Source: Octopus sinensis (lineage: Eukaryota). From it: DNA of 64,000 bases. Where the stretch lies: contig NC_043011.1 in NCBI RefSeq assembly GCF_006345805.1, forward strand, positions 56,804,464-56,868,463, read 5' to 3'. This document shows, piece after piece, positions 1-10,985 of the stretch. A model generated the notes under the pieces. That model was not told where the DNA came from and ran no database searches. It saw only the letters and a program-made list of their open reading frames with translations. Position 1 is the first letter of the stretch; every line of letters begins with the position of its first letter. A program made the translations under genes and the position numbers.

Positions 1-291
1 TCCGCTGGACATTGTCTCATCTGATTATCATTTATTCTGCAGGCTTCAAAATCATTTGCATGGAAAAAATATGAAGTCTGTAGATGAGGTTAGAACAATA
101 CTGGAAGAGTATTTTTCATCACAGACAAGTGAATTTTGGAAGAGGGGCCTTGCAAGTCTACCAGACAGATGGAAGAGCATTGTAGAAAATGCAGGAGAGT
201 ATATTTAGATTAAAAAAGAACTTTGTTTATCTTAATTTTGAAAAATAAAAGAAGTATAAAAATACAGCATTATTTATGGAATGACCCAATA
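1..291 (+). mobile_element. 3' end of a mariner (Tc1/mariner) DNA transposon, transposase C-terminus and right end
   Basis: The frame starting at 2 reads PLDIVSSDYHLFCRLQNHLHGKNMKSVDEVRTILEEYFSSQTSEFWKRGLASLPDRWKSIVENAGEYI*. This matches the mariner (YS)PDIAPSDYHLF...RWxxxVxxxGxY C-terminus. The element ends ...TTATTTATGGAATGACCCAATA, a mariner-like terminus. Confidence 0.85.
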
Positions 292-1311
292 CACACACAC
301 ACATATGTATATTTATATATATACACACATGCATATTCAGTCTATTAAGTTCTACTAACAAGGTTGACCACTACCTTGTAAGTGGAATTTAATAAACAGA
401 AAGAGTATACGTAACCATTGTGTGTGTGTGTGTGTGTGTGATAAGCAAAGGAGGGGGAGGAAGAGGGGGAAATATGATAGATAAAAGCACAAGGGTAGTT
501 ATCAGTATCAGGAGGCAGTGTGTGAAATGAAATCCATATGTTGCTCTGCCGACTCATCGAGGAAGGTAGTTATCAGCTTATCCTGACCAGGTGATCTAAT
601 TAGTAACGAAGGTGATTGTTGTGAAATGGTATTATTGAAATTTCGAGTAAGGAACGGAACAGATGAAAGAGGTTCATCTTGTCAATTAACGATTTCATTT
701 GCGCTGTTGGAAACATCAACTGCATGGAATGTGTGTGGAAATGGTGATGCAACATGGACACCGAGGAGAGGAAAGCTTGTAAAGACTGCAGAGAAATGAA
801 GCAAGTGTGAGCCGTTGGATGTGTCATATTAATCAGCATGAAAAGCAAATCACAAACGGAGAGATTCTAACAACACCAGAAACATCAGATGAGGAGGCAT
901 GCTTTATTTTCAGTTGTTTTCTGAATTTATTCAATTTTGTTGGTCAGTTTTTGTTTCAACTTGACTGATTTTCAGTTTAAATCTATTTATTTCTTTTGTC
1001 CCAATATTGTTTTTCGTTGTTTCATGTTTGATTATGAATGTGCTTCTCACGATGTTTATTATGTTTTGTTATGTGGTACTTGTGACACTCTATGTAACCT
1101 TAGAAAATACACTTCCATTACATCTGAACTCTAACAGCTGATCCAGCACGTGACTGACACTTCATTGACACACCAAAATAACAGTTTGTGGCTGGAATTG
1201 ATTCGGAATGCGATCTACAGGAAAAACAACAGCTAAGTTAGTGCTAACATCTTTCATACAGGGAGCATTAAAAAGCTAACTAAAAATAGTTATACAGTGA
1301 AGGAATAACAT

Positions 1312-1439
1312 CATCATTGTCGTCGTCATCATCACCATTGTCATCACCACCACCACCACCACCACCACCACCACCACCACCACCACCACCACCACCACCA
1401 CCACCACCACCACCACCACCACCACCACCACCACCACCG

Positions 1440-1472
<33 letters not shown>

Positions 1473-1490
1473 TCATCATCATTGTCAGCA
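1312..1490. repeat. Compound (CAC)n/(CAT)n microsatellite
   Basis: Direct reading. It explains the poly-P/G/V/M ORFs in the track. Confidence 0.95.
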
Positions 1491-1494
1491 TCAA

Positions 1495-1686
1495 TTAACA
1501 ACTGCTTCCCATGCCAACATGGGTTGGACTGTCTGAAAGGTGTTGGTAAGCCAGAAGGACTGTGTCAACCTCCACTGTCTGCTTTGGCATCATTTCTATG
1601 ACTGGATGCCTTTCCTAATGCCAACCACTTCACAGAGTGTGCTGGATGCTTTTTGTGTGGCAACCTCCTCCTCCTCCTCCTCCTCC

Positions 1687-1726
<40 letters not shown>

Positions 1727-1727
1727 A
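1495..1727 (-). mobile_element. Degenerate RTE-tail SINE-like repeat followed by (CCT)n(CAT)n
   Basis: Contains the family motifs CCATGCCAACATGGGTTGGA and GGATGCCTTTCCTAATGCCAACCACT seen in other copies. Confidence 0.7.
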
Positions 1728-2333
1728 GGTTGGCCAGTTTTGACAAGATCCAATTAGTCCAAGAGCCACATTGTGCTCCAATGTCTTGCTTTGGCATGAT
1801 TCCTGTGGCTGGGTGTGCCTCCTAACAGCATGGACTGGGTGCCTTTTATTAGCCATCACTACAATTGAGGTTGCCATGCAGCTCACAAAACTACAAACCC
1901 TGGGGGAGTGGGGATTAGCTTTATGGTAGGGGATAAGAGGTTACAGTATGAAAGCAGGGACAAGGCAGAGCAGGTTCTCGTGGAGGAGCTGCATGGTTAC
2001 TCACATATAGAAGAGAAGGAGAGAATGATGATGAGGTGCTGCAAATATTAATTTTCTAAATAAAAATATTTATTTAATGAAAATAAAATTAAAACAAACT
2101 TCTTATTTGTTTGTATATTGGCAATAAATATATGTTATCAATAACAATATTACTGTTTACCTATCAATTAATGACAGACATAACATTATCTGATACTACT
2201 AACTGTACTAAAAACATGTCCTGAAATTATCTGTTTTATGACATTGTAACCTAAGGAGATAAATCCTATGAGATTGGTATTGTCTCTGCTTGAATGATCG
2301 ATAGAGAGAAATAGAGACACAGCCAATTATATT

Positions 2334-2541
2334 GGTTCAAATTTTGGCACAAGGCCAGCAATTTCAGAGGAGGGATTAAGTCGATTACATTGACCCCAGT
2401 GCTCAACTGGTACTTATTTTGACCTCAAAAGGATGAAAGGCAAAGCTGACCTTGGCAGGATTTGAACTCAGAATGTGAAGACAGACGAAATGCTGCTAAG
2501 CATTTTGCCCAATGTGCTAACGATTCTGCCAGTTCAACACC
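2334..2541 (-). mobile_element. tRNA-derived SINE, family B (older copy)
   Basis: Similar to the well-preserved copy at 33305-33533 (AAGTCGATTACAT..., GGATGAAAGGCAAAG..., GGATTTGAACTCAGAA). Confidence 0.85.
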
Positions 2542-2788
2542 TTCACACAATTACATTAACAGGTATTACAGAAGAGAACTGTGTGCACTTCTAGGAATCA
2601 GACACTTGATGTTTTAGGAGATCAAACTGATTGAAATTTTGTTTTGATGCACATATTTAATCAGTTTTTAACTTGGAAGATAAGGTTTATAAGCTGGAAA
2701 ATTATAATAATCATATAATATATTAAAAATATATATAAAGGAAAGACAAAAAATACATTTGAAGGAAATACAGTAAAATATAATAAAA

Positions 2789-3136
2789 TATTTTGAAGTA
2801 GGAGATAGAGTTCATTTTAAAAATTACAAAAATGGTAAAGAAGGTTGGGAGGATGGCTGTGTAATTAAAAGATTAGGTAACATGATGTTTTAAATTAAAG
2901 GACAACATAAGAGACACCTTAGCCAGTTAAAGATGAAACATACAGAAGAACGAAAGGTAATACCAATGTTAGTCTTCTATGATATGTTTGAAGTGCCAAC
3001 ACTGGGAAATATTGGACCCTGTAGAACTATAGCTTCAGAAAACAAAATCAGACTGAATATCTGGAAAAAATATCTAAATGAAAAAGATATTAAATTAAAA
3101 AAAAAAAAAACCAAGATTACTAACAAGAGTGCTTAG
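2789..3136 (+). pseudogene. Ty3/Gypsy pol (integrase C-terminal region) relic
   Basis: One frame reads YFEVGDRVHFKNYKNGKEGWEDGCVIKRLGNMMF*IKGQHKRHLSQLKMK, fitting the F..GD.V..KNY...W..G.I...G......KRH.(N/S)QL pattern of Gypsy integrase C-termini. In-frame stop at 2891. Confidence 0.7.
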
Positions 3137-3228
3137 TACAACCAAAAAGGAAAAGTGCTGTGTGCAACGAACAATACTACCTTAAAGAAAATAATAGAAA
3201 TTCCACTTTCTAACAGTAGTCAAAATCT

Positions 3229-3545
3229 CAAAAGGGGAGATGCTGTGATGAGAGTTACGATGCCTCCTTGCGAGAGATAGACTCATCTGAGTAAAGTATA
3301 AATAGTAATGATCCGAGTGAGTTCAGAGTTTGGAGTTGAGTGAAGTTTGTGTTAGTTTGCAGGAAAGTTGGAAGGTTCACAAGGAATATTGATTGTTGCT
3401 TCAGCTTCAATCTTCTTCCAGGTCACTGTTCTTATTTTGTTCAACATTTACCCTGCATTGCTTCTCTCTCTCTCTCTCTCTCTCATACACTAGTGAGTTC
3501 TATGAACATCAAATTCGTAAGCTTGATCCATATAAAATAGTCTGT
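3229..3545 (+). mobile_element. Polypurine tract plus probable 3' LTR of the Gypsy relic (right edge uncertain)
   Basis: The purine tract AAAAGGGGAGA (3230-3240) directly abuts TG at 3241. A TATAAATA box lies at about 3296, and the segment is just downstream of the integrase end. Confidence 0.55.
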
Positions 3546-3914
3546 AAATTCCTCTCTTAGCCCCCAAAGAAATGCTAATCAGCTAGAACTGTTTCATGGT
3601 TTTTGCTGTTTAATTTTGAGACGGGTCTAATTCACTAAAGATGTCCCTTCTAAACTATCCCACCTTTCTTTTTTTTTTTTGTACATATAATGTGTCATTT
3701 CTTTCTTTTAAAGGTAGAATGTAACTGGAGGAGATTTGGCTGCTATTTCTATCTGGTTCATCAACTGCAGAGAGACTCACTGTTTTCCTGTTTTCTGGAG
3801 GTAAGCAGAAGAAAGACAACCCACCACTGTAGGCAAAATGTCATTCTATCATATGCAGAGCCATCTTTAGGTGCTCAAGGGCCTTGGTGCTGTACCAACC
3901 TCCACACATATTCA

Positions 3915-5172
3915 ACTGTTGCCTCCTATGTTAAAGTTCTGCCACCTTTTTGCCATGATCCCTTTGAGGGCACTTTCACAATACTTACGGAAGAATAAGC
4001 ATTAATTCTTCTATTGTAATGTGTTTTCCTTTTCTTTGCAGATTATTTTATACCAAAATGGTTAAATTCTTTTTGATTTTACCCTTTTAAAATGAGTTTA
4101 AATCAGACCCCTATCAGAGACTACAAGCTGTATGAATTCAAAAGGGCCTCTTCGGTAATAAAAGTGACAACGAAATATTCATTTTGTCTTTGGAAATGAA
4201 GCTTTAAGTGTTTGGATATGAAAATGATGGTCTGGCCAGTTTCACTTGGGAATTTTCTTCTCTCACAGCTCTCTTGCTGTTTGAATGACCAGCTTCTGTT
4301 AATATTAAGCACCTGAAAACCATAGTTGAGGAAAATCCGAAGCAAGCTGCATGAGAATTAGCAAAACAGTTCAAGTCACACTTCAATCTTAAAACACTTT
4401 CATGAACAAGGAAATGTGTCTAAATTTGGTCAGTGTCTCCTTCATCATATGACAGTTTCTCAGCTTAATCAAAGAGTTCCCCTATGTTTATCATTGAAGA
4501 GTAGACTTGCAACCAAACCTTTCCTGGGTAGAATTATTATGACTGATGAAAAGTGGATTCCTTATTATGATATCCAATGAAAAAAGGAGAATTTATTTCC
4601 AAACCAGGGCCACAGCAGAAAAAGGTTACGCTCTGTCTTTGATAGGATATGAAGGGTGTCGTCTGTCATGTAATGTTAAACCAAAACAAAACAGTTAATG
4701 CAAAGAAAATATTGTCATCAATTGGAAGCATCAGACAACATTTGCAGAAAAAGCAGCCATTATTGGTGATTCTTAAAGGAATGTTGCTATTACATGATAA
4801 TGCCACACCACATATTGCCCAAGTCACTTAGGAAAAGATCTGTGGCCCTAAATATGGACGCTTTGTGCCATCTTCCTTATTCTCCTGACCTTTCTCTGTC
4901 TGACCATCATCTTTTGAGATCATTGCAACATTATTTAGAGGAGAAAATATTTATTAATTGTGAAAAGGTTAAAAATCATGCTGAATGTTTCTTTGCTTTG
5001 AAATCTGAAGAATTTTATGCCTGAGGGATCAACAGTTTTCCAGATATATTAGGATTATGTTATCAATAATTAGAGGAAATATTACCTTGATTAAATATAT
5101 CAATTAAGACCAAAGAAGCATTTGTTTTGTTTCCCATCTTGAAATCTGACAGAACTTTCATTCCAACATTAT
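3915..5172 (+). mobile_element. Near full-length decayed mariner transposon (about 1.26 kb)
   Basis: ATG 4092 gives MSLNQTPIRDYKLYEFKR. Later motifs are RIIMTDEKWIPY (first catalytic D), LLHDNATPH (second D), YSPDLSLSDHHL (third D) and GKYYLD* at about 5094. There are several stops and frameshifts. A partial TIR match exists between AAAGTTCTGCCA (about 3933) and the reverse complement of the right end. Confidence 0.85.
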
Positions 5173-5859
5173 ATATATCTTTGTCCCCTATTTACTTCCT
5201 TGACTGACACACAAACTCTTTAAATATTTATTATCCCTTACTCACCCCCAAACCCAACTTCTGCCTGACCAGAATTGTTCCCACACCTCACAAGTTAATG
5301 TCTACCCACCATATGTATACATTCCTCCTGAATCCATTAGCACTTTGTTAGCCCAAATTTCAGAATTCTTCTTGTTCTATGCTAACCATTCTTGGCAATG
5401 CTTCACCCTAGACCATCCTTGGCAACAGCTACTCAGATGAATGCAATTATTCTCTTAATCAAATCACTCCACATCTCACCACTTCAAGTCTGTCAAGTCA
5501 TTCCCCCCCCCCACCTGTGCTGCATCATTTCAGGCAAAAAAAACCCAAAAACATGGTCTATAAAGCTTCAAGAGAATCATCTCCCTTCACTTTTCAAAGT
5601 GGATATCTCTTAACAGCACCACAACACTTGTAAGACGCCATACACTAGGCAACTCTCAATTTCCCCACCCTGAACAGCAACCAATCCTTGGCTCATCACC
5701 ATTCACCTCCATTTGTTTCAAACAACAAGGTCACCAGTTCTAATCTCCCTTTCTCAAAGAATGCATCCTCAGCTAGCTCTCATACTTACCAAACTCTTTA
5801 ATCTTCCTCTCAACTGATCTTTGGAAACTCATTACGTTGCATTGTTTTTCCAAGAAGAA

Positions 5860-6150
5860 CAAGTTATTCTATTGATATCTTTTACTGAACCACTAAGCTA
5901 TGGGGATGTAAACAAACCAACACCAGTTGTCAAGTAGTGTAGGAAGCACAAACACACACACACACACACATGCATGCCTATATACATATGTTTGATGGGC
6001 TTCCATACAGTTTCTGTCTACCAAATTCACTCACAAGATATTGGTTGACCCAGGCCTACAATAGAAAACCCTTGACCAAGGTGCTGTGGAGTTGGACTGA
6101 ACCTGAAGCTACATGGTTGCAAAATGAGCTTCTTAACCACACAACCTGCA
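5860..6150 (-). mobile_element. tRNA-derived SINE, family A (degenerate)
   Basis: Reverse complement of the 22962-23372 copy (CAGTTTCTGTCTACCAAATTCACTCACAAG, GACTGAACCTG). Confidence 0.8.
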
Positions 6151-6284
6151 TAAAATATTATTGCACTTCTCTTTAAACATGAACAGCACACAACTTGAGT
6201 CCTTGCGATCACTTCAGATGCTAGGCCTCACCATCACTGAAGGTCTTTCCAGGTAAGTGAACACCTTAAACATAGTAAAAACCT

Positions 6285-6493
6285 TTCTACTATAGGCACA
6301 AGGCCTGAAATTGGGGGGAGGGGGATAGTCACTAACATCAACCCCAGTACTCAACTAGTACTTAATTTATCGAACCCGAAAGAATGAAAGGTGAAGTTGA
6401 CCTTGGCAGAATTTAAACTCAGAACGTAGCAGCAGACGAAATACCACTAAACATTTTGCCCAGCATGCTAACGATTCTGCCAGCTCACCACCT
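6285..6493 (-). mobile_element. tRNA-derived SINE, family B
   Basis: Similar to 33305-33533. Confidence 0.85.
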
Positions 6494-6679
6494 TAAACAT
6501 AATAAATATAACACCTCAATGACTGGTTTATCTCTTCAGTACCAGAAAACACTGTATTTGATGGCATATAAGACACACTAATTCCAAAACCTCTCCAAAA
6601 TTCACCTTGGGTCCTATGTGTGAAATAGGGTCTCCCATAAGCTTTAAGGCACTAAAAACATTTTTTTTGTAAAAATAGG

Positions 6680-7072
6680 CTCAGTTGTAGTTGCTTCCCA
6701 ACCACATTGTTCTGGATTCAGTCCCTTCGTGTGGCACATTGGGTAAGTGTCTTCTAGTGTGGCCTTGGACCAATCAAAGCCTTGTGAATGGATTTTGCAG
6801 ATGGTAACTGAAAGAAGCCCATTGTGTATGTATGTATATGTGTGTGTGTGTGTGTTTGTGTTTGTCCCCCCCCCCCCACTGCTTGACAATCAGTGTTGGT
6901 GTGTTAGTGTCACCATGACTTAATGATTCAGTAAACAAAACCGATAAAATAAGGACCGATCTTAAAAAAAATTTTTAATAAATACTGGGGTCAATTCATT
7001 TCACTAAAAATTCTTCGAGATGGTGCCCCAGCATGGCCACAGTCTAATGACAGAAACAAATAAAAGCTAAAA
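6680..7072 (+). mobile_element. tRNA-derived SINE, family A
   Basis: Colinear with 22962-23372: head GGATTCAGTCCC, central (TG)n, and tail CAGCATGGCCACAGTCTAATGACAGAAACAA. Confidence 0.85.
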
Positions 7073-7667
7073 GCCAAAGGTGTGCTGCTGAAATTGCCGT
7101 GTACCTAATGCACCCCTGTGTCTCTTATTCTATTGAATAGTTTGTCCTTAACAAATCAGCAATTGTTCAGTTAAGACCCTTCAATGGGGTACAACTCCTA
7201 CAACAAGGACAGTACTGATTCTGTCATTAAACATGAAGAAATTCTTGGCCACATCTAAAGAAAAATCACTCCACCAATTGGCCTTAAGTCACTCCCAAAC
7301 ATAAACCCCACGTGGTCCAAATGTGGATGTCTCTATTTCTTTTTTGCTTTTTTCTACAATAACCTCAGCTCTAAGGAACTGAAGTCTTATACTTTTCCAC
7401 TCAGTTGCCTTTCACTCACTCCTATTTCCCCTTTTCTCGTTGTCCATATTGTATCCACTCCTCATTCCAGGTATTGCACTGACCACTGTGTCCAACCTTT
7501 TGTTCTCCAAATGCCAGCCAGCTGGATTCTTTGCAAGCTTTCCCTTGCAGTTGTCCACTTGCTACTATTTCAACATTAATGGTATCAAACTCATCAGTCT
7601 TGAAAGAACAGCCACTGTCCTTTCATCAAGATGAAACTAGAAAAATGAAAGTAAAACTAGCTTTTGG

Positions 7668-8045
7668 GTGCACGTGTGGCTGTGTGGTTAAAATACTTGC
7701 TTTGCAACCACATGATTTCAGGTTCAGTCCCGCTGTACAGTACCTTGGACAAATATCTTCTACTATAATCCCAAACCAGCCAATGCCTTGTGAGTGGATT
7801 TGGTAGACGGAAACTGTACAGAAGCTCACCATATGTGTGTGTGTGTGTGTTTGTCAGCCCACCTTTTGACGACTGATGATGGTTTGTTTATGTCCTTGTA
7901 ACTTAGTGGTTTGGCAAAAAGACCAGTAGAATAAGTACCAAACTTATGAAAAATAAAACACAAAGGTCAATTTGTTCACCTAAACCCTTTAAGGTAGTGC
8001 TCCAACATGGCCACAGTCCAACAATTGAAACAAGTATATGATACA
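7668..8045 (+). mobile_element. tRNA-derived SINE, family A
   Basis: Colinear with 22962-23372. Confidence 0.85.
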
Positions 8046-8374
8046 AGCAATGAAATCCTACAGAACTCATCAGATCTTTTCCCCCCATTTAATGGTTCTA
8101 ATTTCTCCCAAAATTTTACAACAGTAAAATAATACTTTTACAATTCCAAATCTTGTAACTTATTTTAAATGAGAGTAAAAGTTTTTTCCCCCAAAACCAG
8201 TGAGGCTTTAATTAGGACATCTCACCTTGTTTGTTTTGGTGTCAGCTGTTTAGAAAATAAATAAATCAACCAGATTTGTTTTAAAAAAATTCTATATTTT
8301 CAAATGAATCCAATAAGTTTTTAGTTTGCACTCTGGCTGAAATTGTGTCACGTTGAAGTTCACCTTTTGGGCAT

Positions 8375-8411
<37 letters not shown>

Positions 8412-8561
8412 ATACATACATACATACATACATATATATAAGTAGATATGTATATGTATACAATGTGTGTGATCCATATATATCATACATACATAATACA
8501 TACACACATACACACTCATATATATAAGTAGATATGTATATGTATACAATGTGTGTGTGAT

Positions 8562-8611
<50 letters not shown>

Positions 8612-8702
8612 GCATATATAGGCCTATATATATATAAATAAATATGAATACATAGGAGTTTATATATATATATATATGTGTATATATATGTATATATATA
8701 TA

Positions 8703-8737
<35 letters not shown>

Positions 8738-8850
8738 GTAAAGTATAGAAGCTGCTATATATATATATATATATATACATATATAGGCCTCTCTATATAA
8801 ATAAATATGAGTACATAGAAGTTTATATAGAAATATATATATATATATAT
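8375..8850. repeat. Compound (TA)n/(CA)n/(TACA)n microsatellite with internal higher-order duplications
   Basis: Direct reading. The blocks ATAAGTAGATATGTATATGTATACAATGTGTGTG and ATAGGCCT...ATAAATAAATATGA each occur twice. Confidence 0.9.
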
Positions 8851-8860
8851 AATGTTGAAA

Positions 8861-9113
8861 TGCCTCCTCCTCCCCTTTATAATAATCTTCCTCCATCCAT
8901 CCTCCTCCCCCCTGCACAAGCTTCCCTCCCTCCTCCCTCTTCAACTATTATGGTCTGTAATCTCAGAGCTGAGAATCACGTTTCGCAGCAGAGGTAACGT
9001 TGCGATCACGTGACACCTCTGTCGGTGGGAGTGAGAATTTGAGATGTCATCGCCATGCGTGTTGCCTTGGCTTGCTGTGTGTCTCCGTCGTCGTCGTAGT
9101 TTGGTTATTTACT
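8861..9113 (+). promoter_or_regulatory. Putative promoter / 5' UTR of the gene starting at 9114
   Basis: A CCT-rich tract (8861-8941) is followed by an abrupt onset of CpG-rich sequence at about 8978 and a palindromic E-box TCACGTGA at 9006-9013, directly upstream of the ORF. Confidence 0.45.
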
Positions 9114-10661
9114 ATGACCCAGACACTCTCCCACATTGGCAATGTAGTAGTGTTTGAGGCGACGACTGGCGACAACTGGTCGCACCAGCAACAACAACAA
9201 CAACAGCAGCACGACAATGCCACACCATTGTGCGCTGTCGAAACGACGACTACGGCCTCTGGAGGAAGCGGTTCCGTTCTGGGTCTGCATCATCATCATC
9301 ATCAACAACAACAATACCAACCTAACAGCATCACCAATGTTACTGCTGCCAGTCTCACTAGTATTCCACAGCAAACAAAGCCCTGTTCGAGTTCCCTCAG
9401 CGATACCATCATCAGTTCAACAACTGCTATCATCCCATCGACTGCCGCCGTATCATCATCTTCTTCTTGTTCTTCTTCTTCCTTTGGCGCTGTTCCTCCT
9501 CTATCTACTGCTATCGACGTTACCCATGCCACCATCACCGCATCCCTGGCTGCCACCAACAACACTGGAAACTTCCCTCTTTTCACAAACACTGCCACCG
9601 CCGCAACCAACAACAACAACAACAACAACGGTACGGTTATCCCGACCTCTTCTTGTATCGCCTCCAACTCTTCTACGACTTTGCATCATCAAGTAGAACC
9701 TGCTACTATTGTTCCCTATTCCTCTGGACATCGCTTACTGTTATTATTACAACAACAACAGCAGCAGCAGCAACAACAACAACAGCAAGAACAACAACAA
9801 CAACAACAACAACAACGGTACGGTTATCCCGACCTCTTCTTGTATCGCCTCCAACTCTTCTACGACTTTGCATCATCAAGTAGAACCTGCTACTATTGTT
9901 CCCTATTCCTCTGGACATCGCTTACTGTTATTATTACAACAACAACAGCAGCAGCAGCAACAACAACAACAGCAAGAACAACAACAACAACAACAGCAAC
10001 AACAAACGTCAAGTGCGATCCCGAGCCCCACGGCTACGACAACGACAGCCCTGTTATCTCCGCGCTTGTTATTGTCACCCGTTCGCTCATCGACGTTGTC
10101 ATTGTCTTCGTCGTTGAATTCATCCGGAAAAAAAAGCGACAACAACAACAGTAAGTTGGTGAAGAAATCGGCCAACTTGCTGTTACCTTCATCGTCGACT
10201 TGCACATTATCTCCACCATCGTTACCATTATTATCTTCTGGTTCCATTTCTGTTTGTTCTTCATCATCGTCATCGCACACCACAGTCTCTTCTTCCTTGT
10301 CATCGTCGTCGTCGTCGTCGTCGTCGTCATCGTCGTCGTCTTCATCGTCGTCGTCGTCGTCGGCATCGTTATCTCACCGGACAGCCCGATCCCCGTCCAC
10401 CTATGACAATAACAACTCCAGTGCTAACAGTACTGGCAGCAGCAGCCAACATTCAACTCTGCCCCTATCTCCCAGAAGTGACCCTTCTCGTAAATGTCGC
10501 GGATCGGTTGATTCCAGGGGTCCTACTAGCTCAGGTGAGACGACAGCCACCACCAATACCGAAGAGGGACATCATCAGCGGATCTCTGCAAGTTGTGGAG
10601 AGACAGCTGGTGGTAAGGAACGTCTTTCAAAAATCGAGGAGAATATTGAGTCATCTATCAG
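9114..10661 (+). CDS. Putative first coding exon of an unidentified gene with a long low-complexity (poly-Q/S/T/N/H) N-terminus, frameshifted in this sequence by a 187-bp tandem duplication
   Basis: ATG 9114 (MTQTLSHIGNVVVFEATTGDNWSH...) is open in frame 0 through the first duplicate copy. The frame-1 ORF carries on from the second copy to ...GGKERLSKIEENIESSI. Removing one 187-bp copy gives a continuous 453-codon frame ending at CAG|GTATTT (10661/10662). The segment is CpG-rich, uses mixed Ser/Gln codons, and composition drops to AT-rich right after the donor. Alternative donors are at 10535 (CAG|GTGAGA) and 10613 (TG|GTAAGG). No domain recognised. Confidence 0.6.
9630..10003 (+). repeat. 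Exact 187-bp tandem duplication bounded by (AAC)n/(CAA)n runs
   Basis: GGTACGGTTATCCCGACC... starts at both 9630 and 9817. The copies are identical until the terminal CAA run. Confidence 0.95.
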
Positions 10662-10827
10662 GTATTTTCAATTATCTATTTACCTTACCTTTTTCTAAAA
10701 TTACCTTTTCACAGCCATTTTATATCCAACCGTGTCACGATAGACCTGTACAGCATTCACTTATTTCCCTGTCGTTCTTTTTTTAATCTTTTCTAACCCT
10801 TATTATGTATGTTTGCACATTTTTCCA

Positions 10828-10985
10828 GGGCGGCAGGATTTGGCAGAAACGGTCGAGTGTCGGTTAAAATACCTTGCGGTATTTAAAGTCACGTCCTTTA
10901 ATGTTCTGCGTTCAAATCCTGCCGGAGTCGCTAAAATAACATACCAGTCGAATACAGGGAATCGATCGATTCGACATTTCCCTGA
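10828..10985 (+). mobile_element. tRNA-derived SINE, family B (diverged 5' part, CpG-retaining)
   Basis: GGCGGCAGGATTTGGCAGAAAC...GTTCAAATCCTGCCGGAGTCG resembles the reverse complement of 33305-33533. Confidence 0.6.

Noticed and set aside
5190-5850. C-rich stretch suspected to be a LINE or Penelope remnant
   Set aside because: No recognisable protein motif in any frame I translated.
7560-7640. Minus-strand CTGATGA...GAAA resembling a hammerhead ribozyme (similar traces at 16262-16315 and 45808)
   Set aside because: Stem II does not close with the required G-C pair and stems I and III are not evident. At most it is a decayed Penelope-like relic, which an Infernal search would have to show.
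9105-10786. Overlapping minus-strand and alternative-frame ORFs over the first exon
   Set aside because: These are shadows of CAA/TCG repeats and GC-rich coding DNA. Only the plus-strand Q/S frame has a start context and a donor at the composition boundary.
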